IMG/VR virus record: IMGVR_UViG_3300025009_000050
Coordinates: 180,053 to 244,052 of that record
Length of the DNA stretch: 64,000 nucleotides
Direction: 5' to 3' (one strand)
The notes beneath the pieces are model-generated. The model did not search any database and was not told the DNA's origin. It worked only from the letters and a program-made list of their open reading frames with translations. This document shows positions 31,758 to 40,749 of this stretch, one piece after another (positions within the stretch are counted from its first letter, which is position 1; each line of letters begins with the position of its first letter). The translations under genes and the position numbers were made by a program.

Positions 31758-31900
31758 GCCATCAACTCTTTAATATCCCTAAGTTCCCTAAGCCATTCAG
31801 CTAGTTGTTTATGTTCCATTGCGCAAGCACAGTCAGGTTCTGTGTCCTGATAGGATTGATACACTCCCTCGGAGTGTTTAATTGCTTCATCTAGTGTCAT
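31727..31900 (-). CDS. Small phage protein
   Basis: MTLDEAIKH...CAMEHKQLAEWLREL; ATGA overlap with upstream ORF. Confidence 0.55.
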   Translation of the reverse strand: MTLDEAIKHSEGVYQSYQDTEPDCACAMEHKQLAEWLRELRDIKELMACLTYLPNQN

Positions 31901-32430
31901 ACTGTATCCTCCCAATTAATTCTATATCTTGACCATCTTGGGTCGTAATAGTAATCATATAATGTGTCTGGCATACCTAATGGAGTTCCAATTAGTAATT
32001 TAGTGGCGTTCATACCTGATGCAAAGATATCGGAGATCGTGTCCTCATCCATGTATGATGGTTCATCGATCATTATGTGGTCATATGTTCTACCAAGTAG
32101 AGATCCAGTATTTGAGACGATGTGGACTGTAGCGCCATATGTAGTTTCTATCTCCTTAGATGAGCTTCTAGAGACACTCAGCAACCTCTCAGGTATTGCC
32201 GCCTTAATCTTATCGAACATTATACTAGCTAACATACTATTATGCGTTGCAATTAATATTCTACCAGTTAACTTTAATGCCCTCTGGACGACTACTTGAG
32301 ACTTTCCAGACCTTCTGCCCATTATTACTACAATCCTATCAGACCTATCATTAAAGATTTGGCCTTGGTAGTGATATTGATTTGATTCCATCTCATCAAT
32401 TAATTGACTGTACTTAGTTAATAGATCCAT
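31897..32430 (-). CDS. Stand-alone terminase-like ATPase domain
   Basis: YQ adenine motif, GRRSGKS, LLGRTYDHIMIDEP, IGTP; no nuclease domain. Confidence 0.75.
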   Translation of the reverse strand: MDLLTKYSQLIDEMESNQYHYQGQIFNDRSDRIVVIMGRRSGKSQVVVQRALKLTGRILIATHNSMLASIMFDKIKAAIPERLLSVSRSSSKEIETTYGATVHIVSNTGSLLGRTYDHIMIDEPSYMDEDTISDIFASGMNATKLLIGTPLGMPDTLYDYYYDPRWSRYRINWEDTV

Positions 32431-32439
32431 TATGTCTCC

Positions 32440-33102
32440 TTAGTAAGTATACGGACGGTGGAACATCCTGGCCTCTCCGCCCAATGCACTCCTAGCATTC
32501 AGCTTAGAACCGGATATTGCTTGTACGGCAGCTTGACGCATAGTAATGGCTTGCTGAGTGTCACGATATCCACCGCCAAAGCTTGGTCGGTGAGCCTGAT
32601 TCCACCATCTGCCCTGAGCCCTAACCCTATCAGCAACTGCCATACCAGCGCTTGGTAGTGTAGTAGCTAGTTGATAACCAATCATAGCTCCAGGTGCAAA
32701 TTCCCAGAGTAAGCTCTCGCCAATACCCTTGGCTACAGCGTTACCCATGCTCTCTCCACCGTACATCTCCATACCAGCGAATAATGCTGAGAAGGCCCAG
32801 AATGAGGGTTTAACACCCATGTGCTTATTAACGGCACCTAGTTGCTTCTGAGTTACGCTAGGATCATGAGGAGTTATCCTCATACCTTGTTCTCCTGTGT
32901 CTGTACGGTATCTATTACTGTGCATTTTACGTCCATGAGTAGGAGCATCCCATTCCTTCGATGGGGTGAGATAGAAGAATGGATCTTGAGTTACATTAAC
33001 TATCTTGCCATTTCTCATATGAACGTTCGGTATTGTTCCTCTATTGAGTGTCGGATTGATCATATCTAGATTCTGTATTCTACTACGGGATTTCCAGTCC
33101 AT
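32440..33102 (-). CDS. Hypothetical Gly/Ala-rich virion protein
   Basis: Late operon; DTQQAITMRQAAVQAISGSKLNARSALGGEA C-terminus. Confidence 0.5.
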   Translation of the reverse strand: MDWKSRSRIQNLDMINPTLNRGTIPNVHMRNGKIVNVTQDPFFYLTPSKEWDAPTHGRKMHSNRYRTDTGEQGMRITPHDPSVTQKQLGAVNKHMGVKPSFWAFSALFAGMEMYGGESMGNAVAKGIGESLLWEFAPGAMIGYQLATTLPSAGMAVADRVRAQGRWWNQAHRPSFGGGYRDTQQAITMRQAAVQAISGSKLNARSALGGEARMFHRPYTY

Positions 33103-33104
33103 AG

Positions 33105-33563
33105 CTATCCTCTCCTATTAGCACTCATAGCAAGTACTAGATCTCCGGTAGCACCAAAGTCACGTTTACCAGTAGCAGAGTTCACATTACCAGATCCATC
33201 ATAAGCTTGTGATGGTAATCCACCACTATATGCTACCTGACCCATGGCCTTATTCTGGTAGGCAGTACCAACTCCCCAGTTATTGTATGCCTGGTATGAT
33301 CCATATGCTCCCGCAATGCCAATACCAGCACCACTTAGGGCAGCTGTCCAGTTACCAGGTCCGCTCATCTTGTGTCCAGTATAGAAGTTGGATGCTGTCC
33401 TTCCTGCTTCTTTCTGAAAGAAACTGCTACCAGCCCATGTAGCTGCATTGAATACGGGCCTTGATGTCACATCTGCAGCCTTATATGCGATCTTACCAGC
33501 TTTGTTTACAGTATTAACGGAACCAGATAACATGCGCTTAGTTACATATCCAAGTACACCCAT
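33105..33563 (-). CDS. Hypothetical Gly/Ala-rich virion protein
   Basis: Late operon; C-terminal GATGDLVLAM. Confidence 0.5.
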   Translation of the reverse strand: MGVLGYVTKRMLSGSVNTVNKAGKIAYKAADVTSRPVFNAATWAGSSFFQKEAGRTASNFYTGHKMSGPGNWTAALSGAGIGIAGAYGSYQAYNNWGVGTAYQNKAMGQVAYSGGLPSQAYDGSGNVNSATGKRDFGATGDLVLAMSANRRG

Positions 33564-33564
33564 G

Positions 33565-34110
33565 TTACGCCCTCTTTGTTATAGCTTCAGCTTGTCTATT
33601 AGCTTTAGCGGCTCTAGATATAGCCATAACTTGTTTGCTTATGCTTTGATCTCCACGATATGCATCTATGGCCTCACGGAATCCACGATTCTTGTATGCT
33701 CCAGCGAATGGGGCTTGCTTCACTGCACGGAATCCAGCACCGGCGAAGGCACCTCTCCATGCTCCTGATTTAGCACCTTCCCAAAAGCTTCCACCCTGGG
33801 ACCATTCAGATATACCACCGAATGCACCAAAACCCATAGCACCCTTAATTGCGCTACCAGCCCATGCATCTAGTGGAACATCAGCTAAGCGATCAGCTAA
33901 TCCAGTGAATCCTGAAACTGCGTTAGTACCTGTAGCTCCAAGTTCAGACTGAGCCTGCAGGAGTCTCTCAGCCAGTCCTTCATGTTCAGGACCTAGTGCC
34001 CTAATCTTTGGAATATTTCCTTCAACGGCAGCTAGCACGCTTCTGCCCTCAGATGCCTTTAGTCCACCGATAAGACTGCCGAATGCACCGACTTTACTCA
34101 CAATTATCAC
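33565..34110 (-). CDS. Hypothetical glycine-zipper-like protein
   Basis: GAxxGAxxG repeats. Confidence 0.5.
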   Translation of the reverse strand: MIIVSKVGAFGSLIGGLKASEGRSVLAAVEGNIPKIRALGPEHEGLAERLLQAQSELGATGTNAVSGFTGLADRLADVPLDAWAGSAIKGAMGFGAFGGISEWSQGGSFWEGAKSGAWRGAFAGAGFRAVKQAPFAGAYKNRGFREAIDAYRGDQSISKQVMAISRAAKANRQAEAITKRA

Positions 34111-34493
34111 ATCCTAGTATGATTAGTCCTTTGATCAAACATATTCTGGACCATACCTAGGAATGGATCACCGGGTAGTCCAGCTATCTCTGCATTACGC
34201 TTACGTCTAGCTATATTGTCGCGCCTCACTAATTCTAATTCTTGCTTATGTAATTCCCTGGCCTCGTCAGCATTCTCCCGTAGACCACGGTCTATATCCA
34301 TGAAGGTCGCTAGTCCGAATAGTGTTACTCCAGTACCAGCTAATAACTTTCCATACTTACCCATATACCTAGTTAGCTTACTCGCTGAGCTACGTGCTCT
34401 AACCTTAGCATACACTCTACGATATGTGTCTTCACTAGTCGACTTCTTACTCCTAGCTGCATTTCTTCTAACTATATACTCTGCTGCGGTCAT
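34107..34493 (-). CDS. Hypothetical protein with one TM-like segment
   Basis: Overlapping stop/start with neighbours; LLAGTGVTLFGLATF. Confidence 0.5.
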   Translation of the reverse strand: MTAAEYIVRRNAARSKKSTSEDTYRRVYAKVRARSSASKLTRYMGKYGKLLAGTGVTLFGLATFMDIDRGLRENADEARELHKQELELVRRDNIARRKRNAEIAGLPGDPFLGMVQNMFDQRTNHTRM

Positions 34494-35155
34494 GGCGTCA
34501 CGTCTATAGTATTATCTTCTAATCTCTGCATTTCTGCACGACGAGCGAGTAATTTAGCAGCATAGTTACTTGCATCAATATTGATACTTAGTTTATCTGC
34601 CGCTTTATCCTTACGAGTAGCATGAAGTATCCCTAATAGTCTACAATGTTCTGATATGAGCCTAAGTTTAAAGTCTGCTGCCTTACCAAGTTCAGGCTTG
34701 TAGTATGCGTCACCATGCGCTGATATAGCAGCAATGACGTTGTCTATGAAGTCACCATTAATGGCTATCTTCTTATCTGCCCTAACTATCTGTATCTCGA
34801 TGTCCACCAGGTTCTTGAGTATACCTAGATCTACAGCGTTATCTTCCTCTATACCAAGTTGTCTCATATACTTATCGAATCTATCCATAATTGCCGCTAT
34901 CTCTAGTGGGCACCTTTCTCCTGGTGCATGTAGATCACGGAGTACTAGGATGCATGTATCTGCATATGGACATTGTTCACCCTTACACATGATGGGTACG
35001 TGCGCAAATAATCCATGCTTGGTATTACTCATAGCAACTGATACTCGAATGGCCTCTACGCCACGTTCGGATATACTCCATTCTGCTGGTAATTCAGTTG
35101 GTAAATTCTTAGTAACTTTAGCTATAGCTTCTGGTGTCTTTGGTCCTGGTTTCAT
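34490..35155 (-). CDS. Candidate terminase small subunit
   Basis: GPKTPEA...TKHGLFA, Cys cluster, helical core; first large gene of the packaging operon. Confidence 0.5.
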   Translation of the reverse strand: MKPGPKTPEAIAKVTKNLPTELPAEWSISERGVEAIRVSVAMSNTKHGLFAHVPIMCKGEQCPYADTCILVLRDLHAPGERCPLEIAAIMDRFDKYMRQLGIEEDNAVDLGILKNLVDIEIQIVRADKKIAINGDFIDNVIAAISAHGDAYYKPELGKAADFKLRLISEHCRLLGILHATRKDKAADKLSINIDASNYAAKLLARRAEMQRLEDNTIDVTP

Positions 35156-35216
35156 AATTTTAATACCTCTCTAGTGGAGCTTGATGTTTAGTTCTCTGCC
35201 TCCTATGGAGGTACTT

Positions 35217-35256
35217 ATACTATATAATACCTAAATTTGGGGTGTTTTATTACATG
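35217..35256 (-). promoter_or_regulatory. Candidate late promoter, copy 1
   Basis: atactatataatacctaaatttggggtgttttattacatg, similar to 35618-35655. Confidence 0.4.
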
Positions 35257-35261
35257 CCCTA

Positions 35262-35606
35262 CTAAATTTTTCTTCTACACCCACATGACTTAGGAATCTT
35301 ATTAGCTCTGACCTTCAATTCCTTCCCACATTCGCAGCGACACAGATATAGTAGCTCTCCACGATCATTATGACCATAGTCACCAAGTATGGTTAACATC
35401 CCAACCTTATCACCAATCACATACTTCCTACGACCACTAATCCTATCTAGTTCACTACTGGTCTTATGACATTCAGACCTGCTCCGTAGTGGTATACCAA
35501 GTCTCTTCAACTTCCTTTGCACCGTAGTACTGTACTCGCCAAGGGTAGCACCTATCTCGTAAGTACTCAGTTCTTGAGTGATGTACATATTATATAAATT
35601 CTCCAC
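35262..35606 (-). CDS. HTH plus Zn-binding domain protein of the type attached to HNH/AP2 homing endonucleases; no nuclease domain
   Basis: LSTYEIGATLG..TTVQRKLKRLGIPLR; GMLTI...LCRCECG...SCGC. Confidence 0.6.
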   Translation of the reverse strand: MENLYNMYITQELSTYEIGATLGEYSTTVQRKLKRLGIPLRSRSECHKTSSELDRISGRRKYVIGDKVGMLTILGDYGHNDRGELLYLCRCECGKELKVRANKIPKSCGCRRKI

Positions 35607-35617
35607 ATTATCACCTC

Positions 35618-35655
35618 ATACTACTAATACCTACATTTTGGAGTAATTTACACAT
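35618..35655 (-). promoter_or_regulatory. Candidate late promoter, copy 2
   Basis: atactactaatacctacattttggagtaatttacacat. Confidence 0.4.
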
Positions 35656-35675
35656 GGGAATTTCATGTAGAGTGA

Positions 35676-35723
35676 AATTATTTTATACTAGGGTCTAAAA
35701 CTTGAATTATTTTATACTAGGGT
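35676..35723. repeat. 19-bp direct repeat x2 at the strand switch
   Basis: aattattttatactagggt at 35676 and 35705. Confidence 0.8.
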
Positions 35724-35778
35724 ATTATGTATATGATGGAATATCAACTTTCGTGTTTTACCCACCCCCATCAATATA

Positions 35779-35831
35779 TACCTGTAAGACCTGACCAGAT
35801 GGCAGGCATGGATGAAGGAGAATGTATAATG
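35779..35831 (+). promoter_or_regulatory. Conserved early leader element, copy 1
   Basis: tacctgtaagacct-hairpin-ggcatggat.aaggagaatg..ATG; second copy at 36522. Confidence 0.6.
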
Positions 35832-36023
35832 AGATTAGCAACTATTAATGGTAGTACTGTAACTGTAGCCTTAAATCAACCTACTCTTGTGTATTACAAA
35901 GGTAGAGACATATGGGTAACAGTAGAACAGATACAACTACTACATGATAATGGTGAGCATGTACTAGCCGATGTACTTGATGTGTATAGACAGAACATTA
36001 AGTACTTCTGGAATGTACAATAG
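35829..36023 (+). CDS. Hypothetical early protein (64 aa)
   Basis: SD aaggag then ATG 35829. Confidence 0.6.
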   Translation: MRLATINGSTVTVALNQPTLVYYKGRDIWVTVEQIQLLHDNGEHVLADVLDVYRQNIKYFWNVQ

Positions 36024-36301
36024 TCGAAACATGGGTGTATGCCCATGTATACATAGGTAGCCTCTATGTACTGATGAGACAGACTAGAGAGGATGTGGTA
36101 TATATGATAGAACATGAGTATGAGATTACGTGTAATGAGTATGAGTACAGTGTAGTGCACTACTACATGTATGTACTCATGAGTATTATGTATAAGTATA
36201 TATCTATAGTAGATATAGTACTGTAGGTGTACCCATAGTAGCCCTGTATGTATGCGCACAGTGTATGTACAGGGCTATACTTATGTAGAGGAGGTGGCTA
36301 C

Positions 36302-36424
36302 ATGTATATAGTCACATATGTAGTAGATAACATAGAGCACACAAGACTCACTGCTAGCATGATGTACGTCAGCATCATGTGTGACATCTATACTGTAGTA
36401 GGTATACAGTATATAAGTAGATAG
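36302..36424 (+). CDS. Small hypothetical protein (40 aa)
   Basis: SD gaggaggtg; not in ORF track. Confidence 0.4.
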   Translation: MYIVTYVVDNIEHTRLTASMMYVSIMCDIYTVVGIQYISR

Positions 36425-36521
36425 TATATATGTATGCATACATATGTGTATAAGTACTTCTATGTATGCATATGGGCTCTATAGTGCATATATGTGTATG
36501 TAGTATAGGGTCTATATGCCC

Positions 36522-36577
36522 TACCTGTAAGACCTTACCCTGTATGGGAAGGCATGGATAAAGGAGAATGCGCAATG
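36522..36577 (+). promoter_or_regulatory. Conserved early leader element, copy 2
   Basis: tacctgtaagacct-hairpin-ggcatggataaaggagaatgcgcaATG. Confidence 0.6.
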
Positions 36578-36724
36578 ACAATGTACTGGGTATGGGTTAA
36601 GGCTAGGAACGAGAACAATGAAGAATTCGAGTTCCTGGAGAGGGTAAGAGCAAGAAATAGATATATGGCTGAGGCGTTATGCCTTGACATGTATAGATGG
36701 GCCTTATCCGCTAAGGCAGTATAG
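36575..36724 (+). CDS. Small hypothetical protein (49 aa)
   Basis: MTMYWVWVKARNE...; SD aaggag. Confidence 0.55.
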   Translation: MTMYWVWVKARNENNEEFEFLERVRARNRYMAEALCLDMYRWALSAKAV

Positions 36725-36804
36725 TAGATTGCTTGTGTGCACTGGCTTATATAGCGGTGCACGCTATGGAGTCTATTAGACTACTAATTAAGGAGGTATG
36801 TACA

Positions 36805-36948
36805 ATGAAATGGAACGTAGAAGAAACAAAGTTAGCTGCCAGGATGATGGAAAGAGAAAAGAGAAGAAAGGTAGATCAAGCCTACCTAGCGATGAAGGTA
36901 GGTGACTACCGTAAGTTCATGGAGGCAATGAAAAAGTTAACCAAGTAG
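36805..36948 (+). CDS. Small basic hypothetical protein
   Basis: SD aaggaggt. Confidence 0.55.
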   Translation: MKWNVEETKLAARMMEREKRRKVDQAYLAMKVGDYRKFMEAMKKLTK

Positions 36949-37053
36949 GGCGCTATATGCGCTCTACTATATCTATTCATAGTAGTAGGTATAGTAGGGC
37001 TCATATGAGTTACTATTAGCTGGCGAGCATGATACGCGGAAGGAGAATGTGTT

Positions 37054-37248
37054 ATGAAATTTGGATTAGTAGGAACTAGGAAGGCTATCACAATTGGAAA
37101 CGCTCTTATTGTAGATGCACCTATTGGTATCATCACTTTAAGAACAGACATCATCGTAATGCCTGAGGTTGAAAGCTCTTCTCCGTTCATCGAGGTACCG
37201 GATGTAGACAAGAATGAGTACCTGCACCTAGTACCTAAATGTAATTGA
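37054..37248 (+). CDS. Hypothetical protein
   Basis: SD aaggag. Confidence 0.55.
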   Translation: MKFGLVGTRKAITIGNALIVDAPIGIITLRTDIIVMPEVESSSPFIEVPDVDKNEYLHLVPKCN

Positions 37249-37358
37249 GGATGAACTATACGGTGACTAGAACTAGGGACACTCCGAAGAGTGTCCTTCT
37301 TCATGTCTACTGTTGTGGATATGAAAAGGGGCATTCCCTTAGTAAGGAGGTGAGAAAT

Positions 37359-37535
37359 ATGGCAGTATTCAATCTAGTTGAAATTATGGCAATTGCACCT
37401 ACTCTATCTGAAGCAAAGAACCAAGTAAGGTTAGCTAAGATGTTCGCTGAGAAGACAGGGATTGCATTAGACAAGATCCTTGGTGTCTTCAATGAAGTGA
37501 ACCAGGAAATCAAAATAGTAGAGGAGGCTGAATAG
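37359..37535 (+). CDS. Hypothetical protein
   Basis: SD aaggaggtga. Confidence 0.55.
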   Translation: MAVFNLVEIMAIAPTLSEAKNQVRLAKMFAEKTGIALDKILGVFNEVNQEIKIVEEAE

Positions 37536-37536
37536 T

Positions 37537-37794
37537 ATGCGTGATAGTTTATATGTTTATGTTGAGCATCAGCGTGAAGTAAAGTCTGCTGCTCGTAGTG
37601 CTTGTAAGCAGACTCATGGACGCAGAAATAAGCGTCCTAACCTGAGTATTGTGGACAACGCCCCCAGTGGTATGGTTGTCACACGTCCTGATGGCTTACA
37701 GATGTATATTCCTCCTGAAAGACTAACAAAGCAAGGCAAGGTTCGTAAAGGCTATCGCAAGATAGTTCGTGCCTTCCTTGAATTGGAGGGATAA
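37537..37794 (+). CDS. Basic hypothetical protein
   Basis: SD gaggagg; coupled to upstream gene. Confidence 0.55.
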   Translation: MRDSLYVYVEHQREVKSAARSACKQTHGRRNKRPNLSIVDNAPSGMVVTRPDGLQMYIPPERLTKQGKVRKGYRKIVRAFLELEG

Positions 37795-37796
37795 CG

Positions 37797-38336
37797 ATGA
37801 AATATATTATCCCTCGCGCACTGCACAAGCTTGGGTTCTGGATTACCGAGAATGAACTGCTTGACATGGGCAGGCAGATCATTGACGAGTATTCAGAACC
37901 AATTATTGCTGACTTATGTGCCGAATTCGGCATCGAGTCAGATGGAATAGAAGACAGAATGTTTGTGAGTGCGTCTGCTCACTGCATTACAACTGGCCAA
38001 CTATATTATCAATATCATATGGATGGCTATTATCATAAGTATACGTTAGGTTCAGCTAGTATTACATTATTCCCATTGGTATCCCAGTTCAAATACATTA
38101 ATGGTAAAAGATATAGAATACCATTATGCGAAATGATACCAAGAAGTGTATATAAAATGTTTCTTATAAAAAATCTTATTCATGAGCTACGTCATTGGGC
38201 ACAATTAGTGACTGGTAAGATATTCTATCATGATATGTGGTTCAACGGAGAATCACTTATCGAGTATGGTAATCGGTGGAGTGAACACGATGCTCAGTCC
38301 TATTCTATTCACTATATAACTAATAAGTTAAAGTGA
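37797..38336 (+). CDS. Putative zincin-like metallopeptidase
   Basis: IHELRHWAQ (HExxH) and downstream WSEHDA. Confidence 0.55.
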   Translation: MKYIIPRALHKLGFWITENELLDMGRQIIDEYSEPIIADLCAEFGIESDGIEDRMFVSASAHCITTGQLYYQYHMDGYYHKYTLGSASITLFPLVSQFKYINGKRYRIPLCEMIPRSVYKMFLIKNLIHELRHWAQLVTGKIFYHDMWFNGESLIEYGNRWSEHDAQSYSIHYITNKLK

Positions 38337-38343
38337 GTAGATT

Positions 38344-38367
38344 GAGCCCAGTATACCCGCTGGGCTC
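38344..38367 (+). terminator. Hairpin/terminator
   Basis: gagcccag-N8-ctgggctc after the stop codon. Confidence 0.45.
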
Positions 38368-38436
38368 TATTGTGCTCATGCACAGGAAAGGTGGGTAGCA
38401 TCAAACAGATTATGAAGAAGGAGGTGGATAAAGTAC

Positions 38437-38562
38437 ATGGAAATTGTTCTGGGAATCATCTACGTAGTAGTTGCAACAACCGTCCTGACTATTAATCACA
38501 TGACATCTAGCAACTGTCCTACTAATATTGTTGACGAAACAATAATAGAGGAGGATGTCTAG
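38437..38562 (+). CDS. Small membrane peptide (41 aa)
   Basis: SD aaggaggtgg; hydrophobic N-terminus. Confidence 0.45.
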   Translation: MEIVLGIIYVVVATTVLTINHMTSSNCPTNIVDETIIEEDV

Positions 38563-38789
38563 TGTTTAATGATTCAGTAAGAAGGGAGCTTCTTGACGTA
38601 GTCAGGAGGCTCAATTGCGGTATATGTGATGTTGAGGAGTTCAGATCTGATATTAAGTTTGTGTATCGGTTTGGCTTACATCAGACAGATATTGATGAGG
38701 CCAAGCTTAATCGCATTACTATCAGAGTCCTGAATTGTCCTGCAAACAAATTAGCAGGTGTGGTGAACCACATACTGCAAATATTATAG
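38562..38789 (+). CDS. Hypothetical protein
   Basis: SD gaggagg. Confidence 0.5.
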   Translation: MFNDSVRRELLDVVRRLNCGICDVEEFRSDIKFVYRFGLHQTDIDEAKLNRITIRVLNCPANKLAGVVNHILQIL

Positions 38790-38799
38790 GAGGGATAAC

Positions 38800-39318
38800 A
38801 TGAAACGTCCAGGAATGTGCACCATGATAGCTTCATTGGTTGTTCTGTGCTTTATCTCGTTCGCTAGTTTCTATCAGGCTGTGCAAGCACGTCCACAGCA
38901 AGTGGTAGAGTACGCGTCTATTCCTGCGCCTAGTTACCAGGTCAACGGCCTAACCACTGACCAGGTTAAGTGGATCAAGAGTCAGCTCAAATCAACTGTC
39001 ACCATAGATGCGCGTAAGCTGTGGGACAAGCAGTTATACGCTGACTTGAAACACGGCTGGCACAATGGTCTCCTAGGAGACATCAGTGTTGTCAATGGCG
39101 GCTGGCTTGAGGACAGGTATGGCAACGTCTTCAAGTTGCAGGAAGATCCCGGTCTCTTTAACGACAAGATAGTGGATGTTCGCGCTTTTGCCAAGCGCTC
39201 ATTTCTTGTCCAATATGAGTCTGGCATCTATGGTTTATACGATAGCCAGGGTTATAACTATTATACATCATGGAAGGAGGTAGATGTGAATGAAGAGTCT
39301 AATTATGAAGGCAATTAA
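38800..39318 (+). CDS. Secreted or membrane-anchored hypothetical protein
   Basis: Signal-peptide-like N-terminus. Confidence 0.55.
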   Translation: MKRPGMCTMIASLVVLCFISFASFYQAVQARPQQVVEYASIPAPSYQVNGLTTDQVKWIKSQLKSTVTIDARKLWDKQLYADLKHGWHNGLLGDISVVNGGWLEDRYGNVFKLQEDPGLFNDKIVDVRAFAKRSFLVQYESGIYGLYDSQGYNYYTSWKEVDVNEESNYEGN

Positions 39319-39811
39319 TGCAGTAAAGTCATTGTTTAAGAGACCAGATCCAGCATTAGAGCAGTTTAATGCTGCCATAAATAACTGGATAACAAATGGT
39401 CCTCGTGTACACAGACACAGGACCATTGCAACTCCAGTAGAAGCTGAGATAGTGCAGCCCAGCTCCTATGACCCTTGCGGAGCTAGCATTATCATTAGCG
39501 CTGACTCAAAGTATGTCGAGATATCGAATGACGATATCCTCGTTTGCTTGTACCGCAATGGGAATAACGATACTCTGATTATTCATTCGGTGTCTGGATT
39601 CAGAGCTTATGTATGGTTGAATACCAGAGATGAGCTCTCCGCATTAGATCGTGCCATTGCTGTATATTCCATGCAATGTAATGGCACTGTGCAGGAACCA
39701 GTAACTGTCGGCCCCACAGGCAAGGAATTATTCGCAAAGCGTCTGTGGTTGATTGACCGCTACATGCTAGCGGATAAGTTAAAGAAGGATATGGAGGGAT
39801 GTACATGTTAG
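39290..39811 (+). CDS. Hypothetical protein
   Basis: SD aaggaggt. Confidence 0.55.
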   Translation: MKSLIMKAINAVKSLFKRPDPALEQFNAAINNWITNGPRVHRHRTIATPVEAEIVQPSSYDPCGASIIISADSKYVEISNDDILVCLYRNGNNDTLIIHSVSGFRAYVWLNTRDELSALDRAIAVYSMQCNGTVQEPVTVGPTGKELFAKRLWLIDRYMLADKLKKDMEGCTC

Positions 39812-40185
39812 TATCTAACCTGTTTTTCGCGCTCGGTTGCATCAGCACATTAGGTGCTATCGTAGTAGCAGTTATGATTGGTGCTGAGTTGGCATCATCG
39901 CGGGCTAATAAGTCATCTGCTGATGAGGCTGGGAGGTTCGCTGAATTGTTGTGCGAAGCAGAAAAGATTATTGCTTCGTATAAGCAAGAGGTCGCTGCCC
40001 TCAGGAACCAAGTCAGTCAGATAGACAGGCTTAAAGAGTCTGTCGAGTTTTGGAAAGGTTTTGGCCAGAGAATGGCCAGGGAATATAGGATAGAAGGGCT
40101 TACTGCCTTGTCTACCTTTAACGGGATACCTGTGGTAGATATCCCTCCCTACGACATAGAGTTTGAGCGTTCTATGGGAATGTAA
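39799..40185 (+). CDS. Membrane-anchored coiled-coil protein
   Basis: N-terminal TM segment followed by heptads. Confidence 0.55.
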   Translation: MYMLVSNLFFALGCISTLGAIVVAVMIGAELASSRANKSSADEAGRFAELLCEAEKIIASYKQEVAALRNQVSQIDRLKESVEFWKGFGQRMAREYRIEGLTALSTFNGIPVVDIPPYDIEFERSMGM

Positions 40186-40233
40186 CAACCCCAATTGCTT
40201 AATATTAAATTCATAATATGGGGGGGAACACAC

Positions 40234-40749
40234 ATGACAATCATAATTTCAATCATAGCAGCTATATACATTGCTTATATGTTACAAACAAAATTGATAT
40301 CATTCACCAATCAGTTAGAATATAGGATTAAAGCAATAACGGCTTGTGTTGATGATTACTCCGGGAGATTAATCTCCGGTAATTATCACGTAGAGAACTT
40401 CCACGTTAAGTGCTACGTAAGAGCCGTGTCATACTGCTTGAGTAGCAAGATACGTAGAGTGGAAACAATTAACATCCTGATGGGTAGAGAACTTGAACTC
40501 CCTTTACTCTATCCATTGCAGCTTGAGACTACTGTCGAGAGAGAGATTGAACAACTATCCCGATTAGCAGCTGTTATTTACCGGGATAGACAGAAAAAGA
40601 CACTCAGAAGACTACGAGCTATAATAGTGGTGCCAAAGATTATGCCACTTATGGTGAGGGCAGTCAGGAGAGCAGTAACATTCATATTATTTAAACACGG
40701 AAGGAGAGACTCCAATGCGGAAGACAGCGGAGCAGATTCTCAGAGTTAA
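40234..40749 (+). CDS. Hypothetical membrane-anchored protein
   Basis: G-rich SD; hydrophobic N-terminus. Confidence 0.5.
   Translation: MTIIISIIAAIYIAYMLQTKLISFTNQLEYRIKAITACVDDYSGRLISGNYHVENFHVKCYVRAVSYCLSSKIRRVETINILMGRELELPLLYPLQLETTVEREIEQLSRLAAVIYRDRQKKTLRRLRAIIVVPKIMPLMVRAVRRAVTFILFKHGRRDSNAEDSGADSQS

Noticed and set aside
30135-32430. TerL split by an intron or intein
   Set aside because: The 540-aa TerL already has complete ATPase and nuclease motifs; the upstream ATPase is an extra paralogue, and no intron/intein signatures were seen.
1488-35174. Many plus-strand ORFs in the ORF track across the left half
   Set aside because: Antisense shadows of long minus-strand structural genes; Ser/Leu-rich, no SD sites or motifs.
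35262-35606. Active homing endonuclease
   Set aside because: Only HTH and Zn-binding accessory domains are present; no HNH, GIY-YIG or LAGLIDADG catalytic motif.
35779-35812. Hammerhead ribozyme in the repeated leader
   Set aside because: CTGTAAGA resembles CUGANGA only loosely, and the GAAA core after stem II is absent.
35894-37334. Minus-strand ORFs in the early region (35894, 36375, 36535, 36906)
   Set aside because: Low-complexity antisense frames over plus-strand genes that have strong SDs.
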